Under the pieces are notes generated by a model. It did not search any database, was not told the origin of the DNA, and saw only the letters and a list, made by a program, of their open reading frames with translations. Below are positions 17,779-27,345 of a DNA stretch of 64,000 bases, piece after piece. Position numbers and translations under genes: made by a program. Numbering within the stretch: position 1 is the first letter of the stretch; the number at the start of each line of letters is the position of its first letter. Where the stretch lies: contig OY771506.1 in NCBI GenBank assembly GCA_963674705.1, positions 3,936,001 to 4,000,000 on the forward strand, given 5' to 3'. This DNA comes from Phycisphaeraceae bacterium. GTDB lineage: Bacteria > Planctomycetota > Phycisphaerae > Phycisphaerales > Phycisphaeraceae.

Positions 17779-18852
17779 TCAACTCACCGTCTGGCAGAGT
17801 TGGTCCTGGGCCTGCATGTAGACAAGCTCGTGTAACGGCTTGTCGCAAACGATCAGGGCAGGCTCGCAATTGGTTGCTTTTCGCAACTGATCGCTGAGCC
17901 ATTTGCCCAGATCGCGGGTATAGATCGAGCCTCGGCCGCAGAAGACGATGGCGTCGAGTCCGCTCATCGCCGCCACGGCTGCGCCGCATTGACGCATGAG
18001 CTGGTATTGGAATATCTCACGGGCTGACTTGATCGATTCATTGGCATCATCAAGCACGGCTTCCCACGTGACGGGTTGGCCGATCAGACCGAGCATGCCG
18101 CTTTCCTGGCCCAGGCAGCGGTTGATGCGGTCGGCGCCCCAACCTTGTGTGCGTGCCAGTTCGAGGACGATGCCGGGGTCGATATCGCCGCAGGCTGTCA
18201 GGCCGCACAGCCCTTCGAGTGGCGTCATGCCGCTGCTGATCATCACGGGCTTGTTCGCGATGGTCGCAGCTAGCTCGGGTCGTGGTTCGAGGCAGATTGA
18301 GATGATCTTGCCATCTGCTTTGCCGATCTGATCCGATGCCATTCGGCAGGCGTAGTCGTGATAGATGCCGTGGAACCCGCAGCGACGGGCCCGCAATTGC
18401 TGCGACAGCTTGAAGTCGATCGCATAATGGACTTCGTGCTCGGGCAGCGGCTTGTAGAAGCTAGACTTCGAAACCACGACTACAGGCGCATCCTGTGCGA
18501 CCTGCATGCATGCGCGGATCAGTCCGACCGAGCGAGGCAGGTGCAGGGGGGCTGCGGGGATAAGCGATTCAAGTTTCTCTAGTAATGCCTGATCCGCGAT
18601 CATCGGGCCGCCCACAGCGTCCGCACTATACGGCACGCACACGACGTAACCGGTGTCCTGCGGCTCCCAATGCGGGCGATTGTCCTGCTGTTCGATAGCG
18701 CGGATGATCCTGCCGAAGTCGCTGTCGTCGGCGGGGGCGTGCAACGTGCCGCTTACGACGGGCTTGCTCAATTCCGCATCGAACATCGCGTATTCAATCG
18801 TCTTGGCGGCCGGGATGAGAACTACTGTATTCATGGATCGATCTTTCTTCAC
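17779..18852 (-). CDS. Degenerate acetate-kinase-family protein (probable pseudokinase)
   Basis: Keeps APLH, GFHG, MTPLEGL, GDIDPG and ESGMLG; has lost NxGSSSxK, HR.VHGG, FDT, TRSG and TxEE. Confidence 0.8.
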   Translation of the reverse strand: MKKDRSMNTVVLIPAAKTIEYAMFDAELSKPVVSGTLHAPADDSDFGRIIRAIEQQDNRPHWEPQDTGYVVCVPYSADAVGGPMIADQALLEKLESLIPAAPLHLPRSVGLIRACMQVAQDAPVVVVSKSSFYKPLPEHEVHYAIDFKLSQQLRARRCGFHGIYHDYACRMASDQIGKADGKIISICLEPRPELAATIANKPVMISSGMTPLEGLCGLTACGDIDPGIVLELARTQGWGADRINRCLGQESGMLGLIGQPVTWEAVLDDANESIKSAREIFQYQLMRQCGAAVAAMSGLDAIVFCGRGSIYTRDLGKWLSDQLRKATNCEPALIVCDKPLHELVYMQAQDQLCQTVS

Positions 18853-20049
18853 TCAGACTGCTACGGAATCAACGGTCCGCCACGCCATTCTTGCAAGGGC
18901 CAGCTCTTCGTCCGTATGGATGACCCAGATTCTTACGGGGCTGTCGTCTGTCGCGATGTCGGCAGGCAGTTCGCCCGGATTGTTATTACGCTCAAGGTCC
19001 AGCTTGACACCAAAGCATTCCATCTCGCGGCAAGCCATCTCGCGCACCACCGGCACGGTTTCGCCAAGCGTATCCGTGAAGATGATCGTGTCGGCATTCC
19101 CGACGACCGTCAGGAACGCGCCGAGATACTTCCGCAAACGCCAGGTCGAGACACGCAGCGCCAGATCCGGCTCATCTTGCCTGGCATCATCACCGAGCAG
19201 GTCACGCAGGTCGGCAGAAGCTTGAGTCATGCCGAGGATGCCGCTGTTTTTATTGAGTAATTTTTCGGTCTTGTTGAAGTCGCCGTCCGCCTGGTGGATC
19301 AGGCGCAAGACCAGGCCGGGATCGATGTCGCCGCTGCGTGTGCTCATGACCAAGCCTTGCAGCGGGGTCAGGCCCATCGTGTTGTCTACGGAATGCCCAT
19401 CACGGATCGCACACAGGCTTGCGCCGCCGGAACCAAGGTGGCAGCTTACCGCGTTGAGTTGATCGAGCGGCTTACCAATCAGCCTCGCTGCTTCGGTGGC
19501 GACATACTCATGGCTGATGCCGTGGAATCCGTATTTGCGGATACCCATCTGCTCGGTCAACTCACGCGGAAGCGCGTAGGAGGATGCGTACTCAGGGATC
19601 GACGCATGAAAAGCCGTGTCGAACACACAGATCTGCGCCAGATCGGGTAACTGCTCACGACAGATCTTCAGCATCGTGATAGCAGGGGGGTTATGAATCG
19701 GAGCCAGGTGCTGGATCGCTTCGAGTTCGACGACGATCTGATCGTCAACGATTTCAGGTTCTTTGAAACGCGTCCCGCCGTGCACGATCCGGTGCGAGAC
19801 CACATCGGGGCGAGTGGACTTATCGCTCTGCAGTACTTCTAGAATCGCAGCGAGTGCGGGGGCGTATTCATACGAATCCAGCGTGGTGGTCGTAGTTTTA
19901 CCATTGGCGTGATGGACGAACTCAGGCGGTTGGGCGGTAGGGGCTCCGATGCGTCGTGCTTCGCCGTGGCAAAGTACGACTTCATCAGGCATCTGCCGGA
20001 TACTGTACTTCAGCGACGAACTACCGGCATTTAAAGACAACACATTCAT
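18853..20049 (-). CDS. ackA: Acetate kinase
   Basis: NAGSSSLK, HRIVHGG, APIHN, FDTAFH, YGFHGISH, TRSGDIDP and TDEE; GGAGGT RBS before ATG 20049. Confidence 0.92.
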   Translation of the reverse strand: MNVLSLNAGSSSLKYSIRQMPDEVVLCHGEARRIGAPTAQPPEFVHHANGKTTTTTLDSYEYAPALAAILEVLQSDKSTRPDVVSHRIVHGGTRFKEPEIVDDQIVVELEAIQHLAPIHNPPAITMLKICREQLPDLAQICVFDTAFHASIPEYASSYALPRELTEQMGIRKYGFHGISHEYVATEAARLIGKPLDQLNAVSCHLGSGGASLCAIRDGHSVDNTMGLTPLQGLVMSTRSGDIDPGLVLRLIHQADGDFNKTEKLLNKNSGILGMTQASADLRDLLGDDARQDEPDLALRVSTWRLRKYLGAFLTVVGNADTIIFTDTLGETVPVVREMACREMECFGVKLDLERNNNPGELPADIATDDSPVRIWVIHTDEELALARMAWRTVDSVAV

Positions 20050-20119
20050 GGCCAAACTACCTCCAAGGGCCGCCAAGCAGCCGCATCACTCCAGGTACTG
20101 TCACATCAAGGGTATTGAT

Positions 20120-21334
20120 TCAGATCTCGTCGGATGTCCAGCCGAACACAGGCACGCCGATCAGGCTATGGATGATGGCGGACAGGCCGTACATCGCCTT
20201 TTCGATATTACCGGTCAGCACGTACTCACCCGGGCTATGGATCACTTGCTCATCACCCGGGCCGTAACCGATCGTCGGGATCATGAACTCATTGGCGAAC
20301 ACACCGCCTGCGGTACCCGTGCCGAACATGCCTAATTGCCAACGGTCGACAGGGGCTGGCGCCCCTGCCGCGTCGAGGGCGCGACGCGATTGCTCGACCA
20401 GTTGGCTATTGGGGTCTGTGTTCCAGGCGTTGACCACGCGATGCACCGGTGTCACACGGCCGGTGAAGTGGGGCAATCGCTTCTGGGCAATACCAACATT
20501 AACCGTCACGTGTCCAGCATCTGTAACCAGTTGCTTGACCTCATGTCGCAGGTTTTCAAGGAACTGCTCGGGCTGCACAGCAATGGGCAGACGCTCATTA
20601 ATAACCACCGTAGCCGAATCCTTTTCGAACTTGGGCGGGTGCACTTCAAAGCAGCCGAAACCGATACGGCTGTTATCACGAGCCGATTTAGCGCTCAGCC
20701 CGTTGTAGACAAACATCGCCGCGTCCCGGACCTGCTCCCTGTCTGCGCCTTCGACCCGTACTTCGACCTGCATCCAGCCGTCGTGGCCGCAATACAGACC
20801 CAGGTCGGTCGGCTCAGCGAGTATCACAAAATCAGGAGACAGGCCGGCGGCTGGGAGGGTGTGTTTCATCAGGTGGCGCACACCGACGCTGTCTCCTAAT
20901 TCTTCTGCCGTCGTAGCTGCAAAAATCAGGTTGCCACGTAGAGGAAGCATGCTGCGCTTCAACAGCTTCACCGCATACAGACAAGCGGCGATGCCGGATT
21001 TGCAGTCACTGGCGCCCGGACCATACAGGCGATCTTCTTTGATAGAGCCCGGCTCAAGCAGGTCCTGCGCCGTGTCTTCCGCCAACTCGGCGGTATCCAT
21101 ATGAGCGTTCAACATCAGCGTGGGCGAATCTTCGCGGCCGCGCAGAATGCCGACGACGTTCCCAAGCTCATCACGAAGCACTTTATCAAAGCCGACCGCT
21201 TGCATCTGTTGGGCAACCAGGTCAGCAACTTCTTTTTCATCGCCACTGGTGCTGGGGATCTGAACGAGTTGTTGCGTTAGCCGCACTGCTTCTGCTTTGA
21301 GCAGTTGGTTCTTACTTTCAAGGATGCTGTACAT
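20120..21334 (-). CDS. M20 family metallohydrolase (ArgE/DapE/YgeY-like)
   Basis: NAHMDT, GASDCKSG, AEE, AEPT and IHSPGE metal-site motifs; AGGAGG RBS. Confidence 0.88.
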   Translation of the reverse strand: MYSILESKNQLLKAEAVRLTQQLVQIPSTSGDEKEVADLVAQQMQAVGFDKVLRDELGNVVGILRGREDSPTLMLNAHMDTAELAEDTAQDLLEPGSIKEDRLYGPGASDCKSGIAACLYAVKLLKRSMLPLRGNLIFAATTAEELGDSVGVRHLMKHTLPAAGLSPDFVILAEPTDLGLYCGHDGWMQVEVRVEGADREQVRDAAMFVYNGLSAKSARDNSRIGFGCFEVHPPKFEKDSATVVINERLPIAVQPEQFLENLRHEVKQLVTDAGHVTVNVGIAQKRLPHFTGRVTPVHRVVNAWNTDPNSQLVEQSRRALDAAGAPAPVDRWQLGMFGTGTAGGVFANEFMIPTIGYGPGDEQVIHSPGEYVLTGNIEKAMYGLSAIIHSLIGVPVFGWTSDEI

Positions 21335-21397
21335 CGCATGCCTCCTGACATTACGTCTGGGTGTGAATGATTAGTTGCGAACAACCGCATCACACAT

Positions 21398-21415
21398 TGC
21401 GAAATGCATGCCAAA
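21398..21415 (-). promoter_or_regulatory. sigma54 (-24/-12) promoter of the M20-ackA operon
   Basis: TTTGGCATGCATTTCGCA = GG-N10-GC; a near-identical copy lies at 23317-23334; a bEBP gene is adjacent. Confidence 0.8.
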
Positions 21416-21526
21416 GAAGTGGCATAGTAGTCAAGCCAAATGGGTCAAAATGGGGTGCTGTGAGTGTGATAACCACGAAAATCAACCGTTTGACCGCCTC
21501 TGGCATCAGTCTGTTCGAGCATAGAC

Positions 21527-21840
21527 TCGCGTTTTGCATTGCATGGTTAATCGATTCGGTTTATTGGACTATCATCCCGGGCGGGCAAGCTCTCAATCGC
21601 ACGGTTGAGATAATCCAAAATCTTCATAACCACGCTTAAACAACCAAGATGTGCACAATTGAAGCTGGATGTTTGCTGGTCACACACACAAAGGGGTGCG
21701 TCAAATCCGCAAGGGTTCCGGCATTAAACCGGGTCAATAATTATCGCCTATGATACGAAATCAAGCCTGAACCACCATGGCAAAATGCCCGATACTCGCA
21801 AAATGAAAGACTAGATGGTGGATCCATCGCAAAATGCGAT
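21527..21840. promoter_or_regulatory. Candidate activator-binding sites (GCAAAA(T/C)G core)
   Basis: ATCGCA-AAA-TGCGAT (21826-21840), GGCA-AAA-TGCC (21779-21789), TCGCAAAATG (21796-21805) and minus-strand ATGCAAAACGCGA (21527-21539). Confidence 0.6.
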
Positions 21841-21879
21841 ATAATGCTGGTCAGGACAACCCAGCCAAGATCGGGATTC

Positions 21880-23292
21880 ATGACCATGACAGGACCCTGT
21901 GACCACGCATCTACGGGCTCAAGATCGGACGATACGTTCGTTAAACCCCTAATCTGCCGAATGATAATGGATTCGGTGGCTGCCGGTATCTTTACTGTGG
22001 ACCTGGATTGGAATATCACCTTCTTCAATCGCGAGGCCGAGCGTATCACCGGGATCAGTAGTGACGAGGCCATGGGCCAATACTGGGCGGATGTCGTCCA
22101 CGCCAGCGATGCGGAGGAAGATTGTGCCCTCAAACACTCCCTGAGGACCGGCGAACCCGTCATCAACCGCGCGATCTACCTGATCGACAAAAAGGGCCAG
22201 CGCATCCCTGTCAGCATCACCACCGCGGTTCTGCGGGATGAGCAAGATAAGGTGATTGGCTGCGTCGAGTCTTTCCGTGACCTGAGCCGGGTGGAGGAAC
22301 TGCAGAAGCGTCTGCTTTCTCAATACACCTACGAAGACATCATCGGCCGAAGTGCATCTATGCGGAAGGTCTTCGAGCTATTGCCGGTCGTTGCCGAGAG
22401 TGACAGCACCGCCTTGATCGAAGGTGCAAGCGGCACAGGTAAAGAACTGGTCGCCCGTGCGATCCACAACCTCTCTTCACGAAGCAAAAAGCCGTTCGTC
22501 GCGATCAACTGCGGCGCACTGCCGGACACGTTGCTTGAGTCCGAGCTGTTTGGCTACAAGAAAGGTGCATTCACCGGTGCCGACAGAGATAAGCCCGGTC
22601 GATTCGCCCTAGCCGAGGGTGGCACGATTTTTCTCGATGAAATTGCTGATATTTCCCCAGCAATGCAGACACGTATGCTGCGTGTGCTGCAGGAGCGCGT
22701 CTACGAAGTTTTAGGCTCGGTGACCCCGGTCAAGTCCAATGTGCGTATCGTCGTCGCAAGCAACCAGAGCCTGAACAAGCTTGTCCAGGAAGGAAAATTC
22801 CGAGAGGACCTGTTTTATCGTGTCAATGTCATCCGTATCGAATTGCCGCCATTACGTGATCGACGCGTCGATATTCCGTTACTGATTGACCACTTCCTTC
22901 ACCGATTCAATCGTCTTAAAGGCAAGGATATCCACGGCGTATCGCCCGGCGCGATGTCTGTGCTGATGAGCCACGATTACCCCGGCAACGTGCGTGAGCT
23001 TGAGAACATCGTGGAGCACGCTTTCGTGCTATGTTCCAGCGGGATGATCCAGTCACGGCACCTGCCTCCCTGGCTCGAAGGGGTCACCCCGTCCGCGATC
23101 AACCAGGACGTGCTCGGCCGGATGACATTGGAACAGATCGAAAAGATGGCTATTACCGACGCCTTACGTCGGCAGAAGGGCAACCGACACGCCGCGGCAC
23201 GGGAACTCGGTATCCACCCCAGCACGCTGTTCCGCAAGATCAAATCGCTGCAGATCGACCTGCCCGACCGCGATGGGCGGAATAATAACTAG
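21880..23292 (+). CDS. PAS-domain sigma54-dependent transcriptional activator (bEBP, Fis-type HTH)
   Basis: PAS (FFNREAERITG), GASGTGKE, ESELFG, GAFTGA, FLDEI, YPGNVREL and C-terminal HTH; start uncertain (21844, 21880 or later). Confidence 0.95.
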   Translation: MTMTGPCDHASTGSRSDDTFVKPLICRMIMDSVAAGIFTVDLDWNITFFNREAERITGISSDEAMGQYWADVVHASDAEEDCALKHSLRTGEPVINRAIYLIDKKGQRIPVSITTAVLRDEQDKVIGCVESFRDLSRVEELQKRLLSQYTYEDIIGRSASMRKVFELLPVVAESDSTALIEGASGTGKELVARAIHNLSSRSKKPFVAINCGALPDTLLESELFGYKKGAFTGADRDKPGRFALAEGGTIFLDEIADISPAMQTRMLRVLQERVYEVLGSVTPVKSNVRIVVASNQSLNKLVQEGKFREDLFYRVNVIRIELPPLRDRRVDIPLLIDHFLHRFNRLKGKDIHGVSPGAMSVLMSHDYPGNVRELENIVEHAFVLCSSGMIQSRHLPPWLEGVTPSAINQDVLGRMTLEQIEKMAITDALRRQKGNRHAAARELGIHPSTLFRKIKSLQIDLPDRDGRNNN

Positions 23293-23316
23293 GGTGTGAC
23301 CATCGTAAATCGCAAG

Positions 23317-23334
23317 TTTGGCATGCACTTCGCA
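23317..23334 (+). promoter_or_regulatory. sigma54 (-24/-12) promoter
   Basis: TTTGGCATGCACTTCGCA, 17/18 identical to the site at 21398-21415. Confidence 0.8.
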
Positions 23335-23347
23335 TCAAGAAAAGTGT

Positions 23348-23653
23348 ATGAAAATTGCGATCAACAGCAGTGACGGCCGCGTCTGCCCGGTCTTCGGGAG
23401 CAGCCGTGCATTTCTCGTCGTCGATCTCGTGGACGGGCAGGAGGTCTCGAGGCAAACTTACGACCAGATCGGTGAGTCCGTTGCCCAGCAGATACTCTGG
23501 CTCGAAAAAAATGAAATAGACGTCGTGATCTGTGGTGCAATCATGAACAGTATGACCGAAATGCTGCGTGCCGCCGGAATCGGTGTGCTGGACCGCGTCC
23601 GCGGCTCAGTCGACGTTGTGCTTCAACAATACCGCACTCAGACCATAATATAA
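23348..23653 (+). CDS. NifB/NifX (dinitrogenase FeMo-cofactor-like) family small protein
   Basis: MKIAI...VCPVFG...FLVVD...DVVICGAI...AGI pattern. Confidence 0.8.
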   Translation: MKIAINSSDGRVCPVFGSSRAFLVVDLVDGQEVSRQTYDQIGESVAQQILWLEKNEIDVVICGAIMNSMTEMLRAAGIGVLDRVRGSVDVVLQQYRTQTII

Positions 23654-23827
23654 AGAAGAAAAACATATCTTCTGATGACCGATCCTGCTGTGTAAGTCTG
23701 GTCAATCATTCAATTTATCCGACTCGCCGGTTGACTTTACCCCATCAGCCTGCCATATCATTGCATCCACGGCGACTAATCCATAAATTCAACGCATGAC
23801 ACGTATGCCCACAAGCATGGGAAGACA

Positions 23828-24307
23828 ATGTTCGACTGGCTAAGCAACAGTAATGTCTGGTGGTACCTGACAGGTGTCTCGATCGTCACCTTCCTGATCA
23901 GCATCATTCTGCTACCGATCCTCGCAGCACGTATCCCGGTCGATTACTTCGAGCGTGAGGTGCGCCCGCCCAGCCGGTTCGCAGCCCTTCACCCGGTCTT
24001 GCGCATCTTCTTCATAATCTTGAAAAACACCTTTGGGGGTCTGCTCTTCCTGGCGGGTGTCGCGATGCTGGTGCTGCCCGGCAACGGCATACTTGCGATC
24101 GCCATTGCGCTTCTGATGATGGACCTGCCTGGTAAGTACAAAATCGAACGCTGGATGATCATGCGCGCCCCGGTCCGGAAATGCATCGGCTGGGTGCGGC
24201 AGAAAGCCGGACGTCCGCCGTTAATCATCCCGGATGATCTCATGCAACGCCCAAAACCCAGGACCGAATCCCTTGCCAGAGGGCGCGCAACCAGCCCGGC
24301 AAGTTGA
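23828..24307 (+). CDS. PGPGW-domain-like membrane protein (paralog 1)
   Basis: IPVDYF, KNTFG, MLVLPGNG, DLPGKY and RQKAGRPPL. Confidence 0.8.
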   Translation: MFDWLSNSNVWWYLTGVSIVTFLISIILLPILAARIPVDYFEREVRPPSRFAALHPVLRIFFIILKNTFGGLLFLAGVAMLVLPGNGILAIAIALLMMDLPGKYKIERWMIMRAPVRKCIGWVRQKAGRPPLIIPDDLMQRPKPRTESLARGRATSPAS

Positions 24308-24342
24308 CCAATCACCATATGCATCAATAATCCGGGGCATCT

Positions 24343-24768
24343 ATGCCAGACTGGTTTACCGAATACGAAACGCTTTTCTGGTGGTTGACCGCCGTGTCGG
24401 CTGTCTTGTTCATCCTCACGTTGATCGCAACACCGATGCTTATCGCTCGGATACCGGAAGATTATTTTTCGAAAGAGGATCGCCCAGCAAGCCAGTTTGC
24501 GAAATTACATCCTGCATGGCGCATCTTCCTGATGGTCATTAAAAACATCCTGGGGGTGATACTCGTGATCGCTGGCCTGGCCATGCTGTTATTGCCAGGC
24601 CAAGGTCTGCTGACGCTGCTTCTTGCACTGATCCTGCTGGATATTCCCGGCAAATATCGCTTCCAACGCTGGCTGGTCTCACGCCCACGCGTCAGCAAGT
24701 CGGTTAACTGGATCCGTCAACGTGCGGGCCGACCACCGCTAATATTAACCGCCCAGTCACCCGCATAA
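24343..24768 (+). CDS. PGPGW-domain-like membrane protein (paralog 2)
   Basis: IPEDYF, KNILG, MLLLPGQG, DIPGKY and RQRAGRPPL; colinear with the upstream paralog. Confidence 0.8.
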   Translation: MPDWFTEYETLFWWLTAVSAVLFILTLIATPMLIARIPEDYFSKEDRPASQFAKLHPAWRIFLMVIKNILGVILVIAGLAMLLLPGQGLLTLLLALILLDIPGKYRFQRWLVSRPRVSKSVNWIRQRAGRPPLILTAQSPA

Positions 24769-24836
24769 CAGCAATACGATCACGGCAGACCTGGCTGACA
24801 TATTATGATGCTGGTCGATCATCAGGAGGCTTTGCC

Positions 24837-25088
24837 ATGGGTGACATCACCAGTCCGACGCTGCTCTACATCAAGGGGGGCTTGTTCCTATTGCTGGGTA
24901 TTCTGGCGGTAGGAGGGATGTTATTCATGTTCCCTGACCTGCGCCTCGCAGCTTTGCTGGCGATCGCGATCTGGGCGTTCTGCCGGGCGTACTACTTCAT
25001 CTTCTACGTGATTCAGCAATACGTCGATCCGAGCTACAAATTCGCCGGCCTGATCGACTTTGCGCGATATGTATTGCGTCGCCGTTAA
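24837..25088 (+). CDS. Small membrane protein (83 aa)
   Basis: AGGAGG RBS; two TM helices; WAFCRAYYFIFYVIQQYVDP. Confidence 0.75.
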   Translation: MGDITSPTLLYIKGGLFLLLGILAVGGMLFMFPDLRLAALLAIAIWAFCRAYYFIFYVIQQYVDPSYKFAGLIDFARYVLRRR

Positions 25089-25954
25089 AAGTCAGATGGT
25101 TTTTCCAGGCTGATCTGCCCGAGCTTGCCACCACGCAACTCGCGCAAGACTAATTCACCAGCACGAGAGTGATCCACTTCACCGCCGCCGATCAGACAGC
25201 CGCGTTTCTTGCCGATCGTTTCGAGCAGATGCAACGGCTCATCTTCCGGTTCGCCAAGCTTGTAGCGTTCGCGTAGCGCTTCAGGGTATTGCTTCGCGAG
25301 ATACCGTAGCGCGATTAACGCCACCTCGGCGTAATCCACTACCGTATCCTTGATCGCGCCGCTGACCGCGAGTTTGTCGCCGACGCCCGGATCGTCAAAC
25401 TTGGGCCAAAGGATGCCGGGGGTATCCACCAGTACGATCCCGCCCTGCAGTTTGACTTCCTGACGCCCCTTGGTGACCGCAGGTTCATCCCCGACCTTCG
25501 CCACCCGTTTCCCACGCAGCGCATTGATGAGGGTGGACTTGCCCACGTTCGGAATCCCCACGATCATCACGCGGATCGGTTTGCCATGCTTTGGCATCCG
25601 CACCACCGATTTGCGGATCAGGTTAGGCAATCGTTTGACGCTCTTGTTATCGCGCACATCCAGTGCCAGTGTTTTCACACCACGTACTGTCTCGAAGTAC
25701 TCCCGCCAGGTTTTGGTGATCTCGGGATCCGCCAGGTCTGACTTAGTCAGCAGCGTAATACAAGGTACATCGCCGTGCACTCCGTTTTCGCCTTTACCGG
25801 GGATATTCCTCCGCAACTCATCCAGCAGGGGATTGCTAGAGGACATCGGCAGCCGCGCATCAAGCAGCTCGATCACCACGTCGCAAGTCGGCATCAACGC
25901 CTCAAGCGATTGGCGGGTTTTATGCATGTGGCCGGGGAACCAGTTGATCGTCAT
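25085..25954 (-). CDS. rbgA: Ribosome biogenesis GTPase RbgA/YlqF
   Basis: INWFPGHM, DARLP, TKSDL, GIPNVGKS and DTPG (circularly permuted GTPase). Confidence 0.95.
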   Translation of the reverse strand: MTINWFPGHMHKTRQSLEALMPTCDVVIELLDARLPMSSSNPLLDELRRNIPGKGENGVHGDVPCITLLTKSDLADPEITKTWREYFETVRGVKTLALDVRDNKSVKRLPNLIRKSVVRMPKHGKPIRVMIVGIPNVGKSTLINALRGKRVAKVGDEPAVTKGRQEVKLQGGIVLVDTPGILWPKFDDPGVGDKLAVSGAIKDTVVDYAEVALIALRYLAKQYPEALRERYKLGEPEDEPLHLLETIGKKRGCLIGGGEVDHSRAGELVLRELRGGKLGQISLEKPSDF

Positions 25955-26039
25955 ACGGATAATCTACCAGCTACCGCGATTTGTGTTGACCGGATACTCA
26001 AATACGACGCAAAATACACATCGGGCTATAATCTCCGCC

Positions 26040-27230
26040 ATGAAGAAACTGCTGCTTATCGTGCCATTGGCCCTGATGCTGGTTCTTGTCCTTACGCCGA
26101 TCGCTCGCTGTGCTGATCCGGTCGACGACAGCCGGTCTGCTGACGATATCCGCCAAAGCGTCAGGACGATGGAGGCGGAACTCGTGAAAATCAGGCAATC
26201 GCTGCGCGAGCTTGAGGCTCAAGCCCGTCAAGGCGATGAATCGCTTCCCACCAGACTTACGAAAGATCAGATCGAAGTCTGTGAAAAGCTGAAGATCGAT
26301 CAAGATCAACTTCTAGGATTGTTGCGTAAACCACTGTATGAATTCAGTGAATCGGAAGTTGATCTGTACCTGCGTTATCTCCAGAAGTTCATGCCCAAGC
26401 TGTCCGATCGCGTCAGGCACCTGGCACGAAAGAACATCGGCCAGCCTTACGATATCTACCTGCTCGGTGAGATGCCTTTCGAGCATTACGATCCCCAGCC
26501 GATCTACTGCCTGACCAAGAGCGACTGCCTCGTGTTCTGCGAGCATACCTATGCCATGGCCCTGACCGACAGTTGGCCACGCTTTATCCGCATGCTCCAG
26601 CGCATCCGCTATGCCGACGGCCAGATCGGCGTCGCGACACGCAACCACTACACCGAAGCCGACTGGAATCCCAATAACAACTGGCTCGTTCGTGACATGA
26701 CCGAGGACCTCGCCAAACAGCACGGGGTCAAGTTCAAGCAGAAGATCAACCGCTCAAAATTCCTGCGTGGCCGATACAACCTTGAAACCGACATCCCGGT
26801 CGAAGAGCGTGTTGATACATATCTGCCTTACGAATACATCGATCAGGCCAAGTCGCACCTGCGTGACGGCGACTTCGTCAACATCGTCCGCGGCGTCGTG
26901 CCCAAGTCTGACAACAACGCCAAACCCGGCAGCATGGAGGATATCTTCGGCGGTAGCGCCTGGGTCGGCCACACCGGCATGATCGTGATTGACGAAGACG
27001 GCGAAGTCCATCTCATCCACTCCACACAGCCCCAGGTCCGTGAAGAACCGATCGACGAGTACATTGCCCGGTCCACGGAAAACAACGCAGAACGCGACGC
27101 CGCCGGCAAAGCACGCTTGCTAGGCTTTAAGTTCCTGCGTCTTCAGAATAATCCACTGGATAATCTCCAACGCATTGACGGGCGTGATGCCCCGAAAGTC
27201 ACCTTGCCCGAAGGCGGCTTGTTGCGTTGA
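26040..27230 (+). CDS. Secreted DUF1460-type (NlpC/P60 superfamily) amidase-like protein with N-terminal coiled coil
   Basis: Signal peptide MKKLLL; GQPY, SDCLVFCE (Cys), RNHY, GHTG (His) and IHS motifs. Confidence 0.78.
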   Translation: MKKLLLIVPLALMLVLVLTPIARCADPVDDSRSADDIRQSVRTMEAELVKIRQSLRELEAQARQGDESLPTRLTKDQIEVCEKLKIDQDQLLGLLRKPLYEFSESEVDLYLRYLQKFMPKLSDRVRHLARKNIGQPYDIYLLGEMPFEHYDPQPIYCLTKSDCLVFCEHTYAMALTDSWPRFIRMLQRIRYADGQIGVATRNHYTEADWNPNNNWLVRDMTEDLAKQHGVKFKQKINRSKFLRGRYNLETDIPVEERVDTYLPYEYIDQAKSHLRDGDFVNIVRGVVPKSDNNAKPGSMEDIFGGSAWVGHTGMIVIDEDGEVHLIHSTQPQVREEPIDEYIARSTENNAERDAAGKARLLGFKFLRLQNNPLDNLQRIDGRDAPKVTLPEGGLLR

Positions 27231-27275
27231 CGATTTTTAAAATGCACGCACGATCAGCAGGCTCTGGTTCCGACA

Positions 27276-27312
27276 CCCTCTCACCGCAGGAGAGGGCCGG
27301 GCTGAGGGCCGG
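27276..27312. repeat. REP-like element CCCTCTC..GAGAGGG..TGAGGG (copy 1)
   Basis: Matches 61997-62034; both copies lie between convergent genes. Confidence 0.7.
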
Positions 27313-27345
27313 CTTCCTCGTGTGTAATGATTGATAAAAACCAAC

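Noticed and set aside
23348..23653. Nitrogen fixation gene
   Set aside because: The NifB/NifX-like domain is widespread in non-diazotrophs and no nif structural genes are present.
25470..26039. 190-aa N-terminal extension of the 586-aa ORF
   Set aside because: It is mostly antisense to rbgA; a clear signal peptide starts at ATG 26040.
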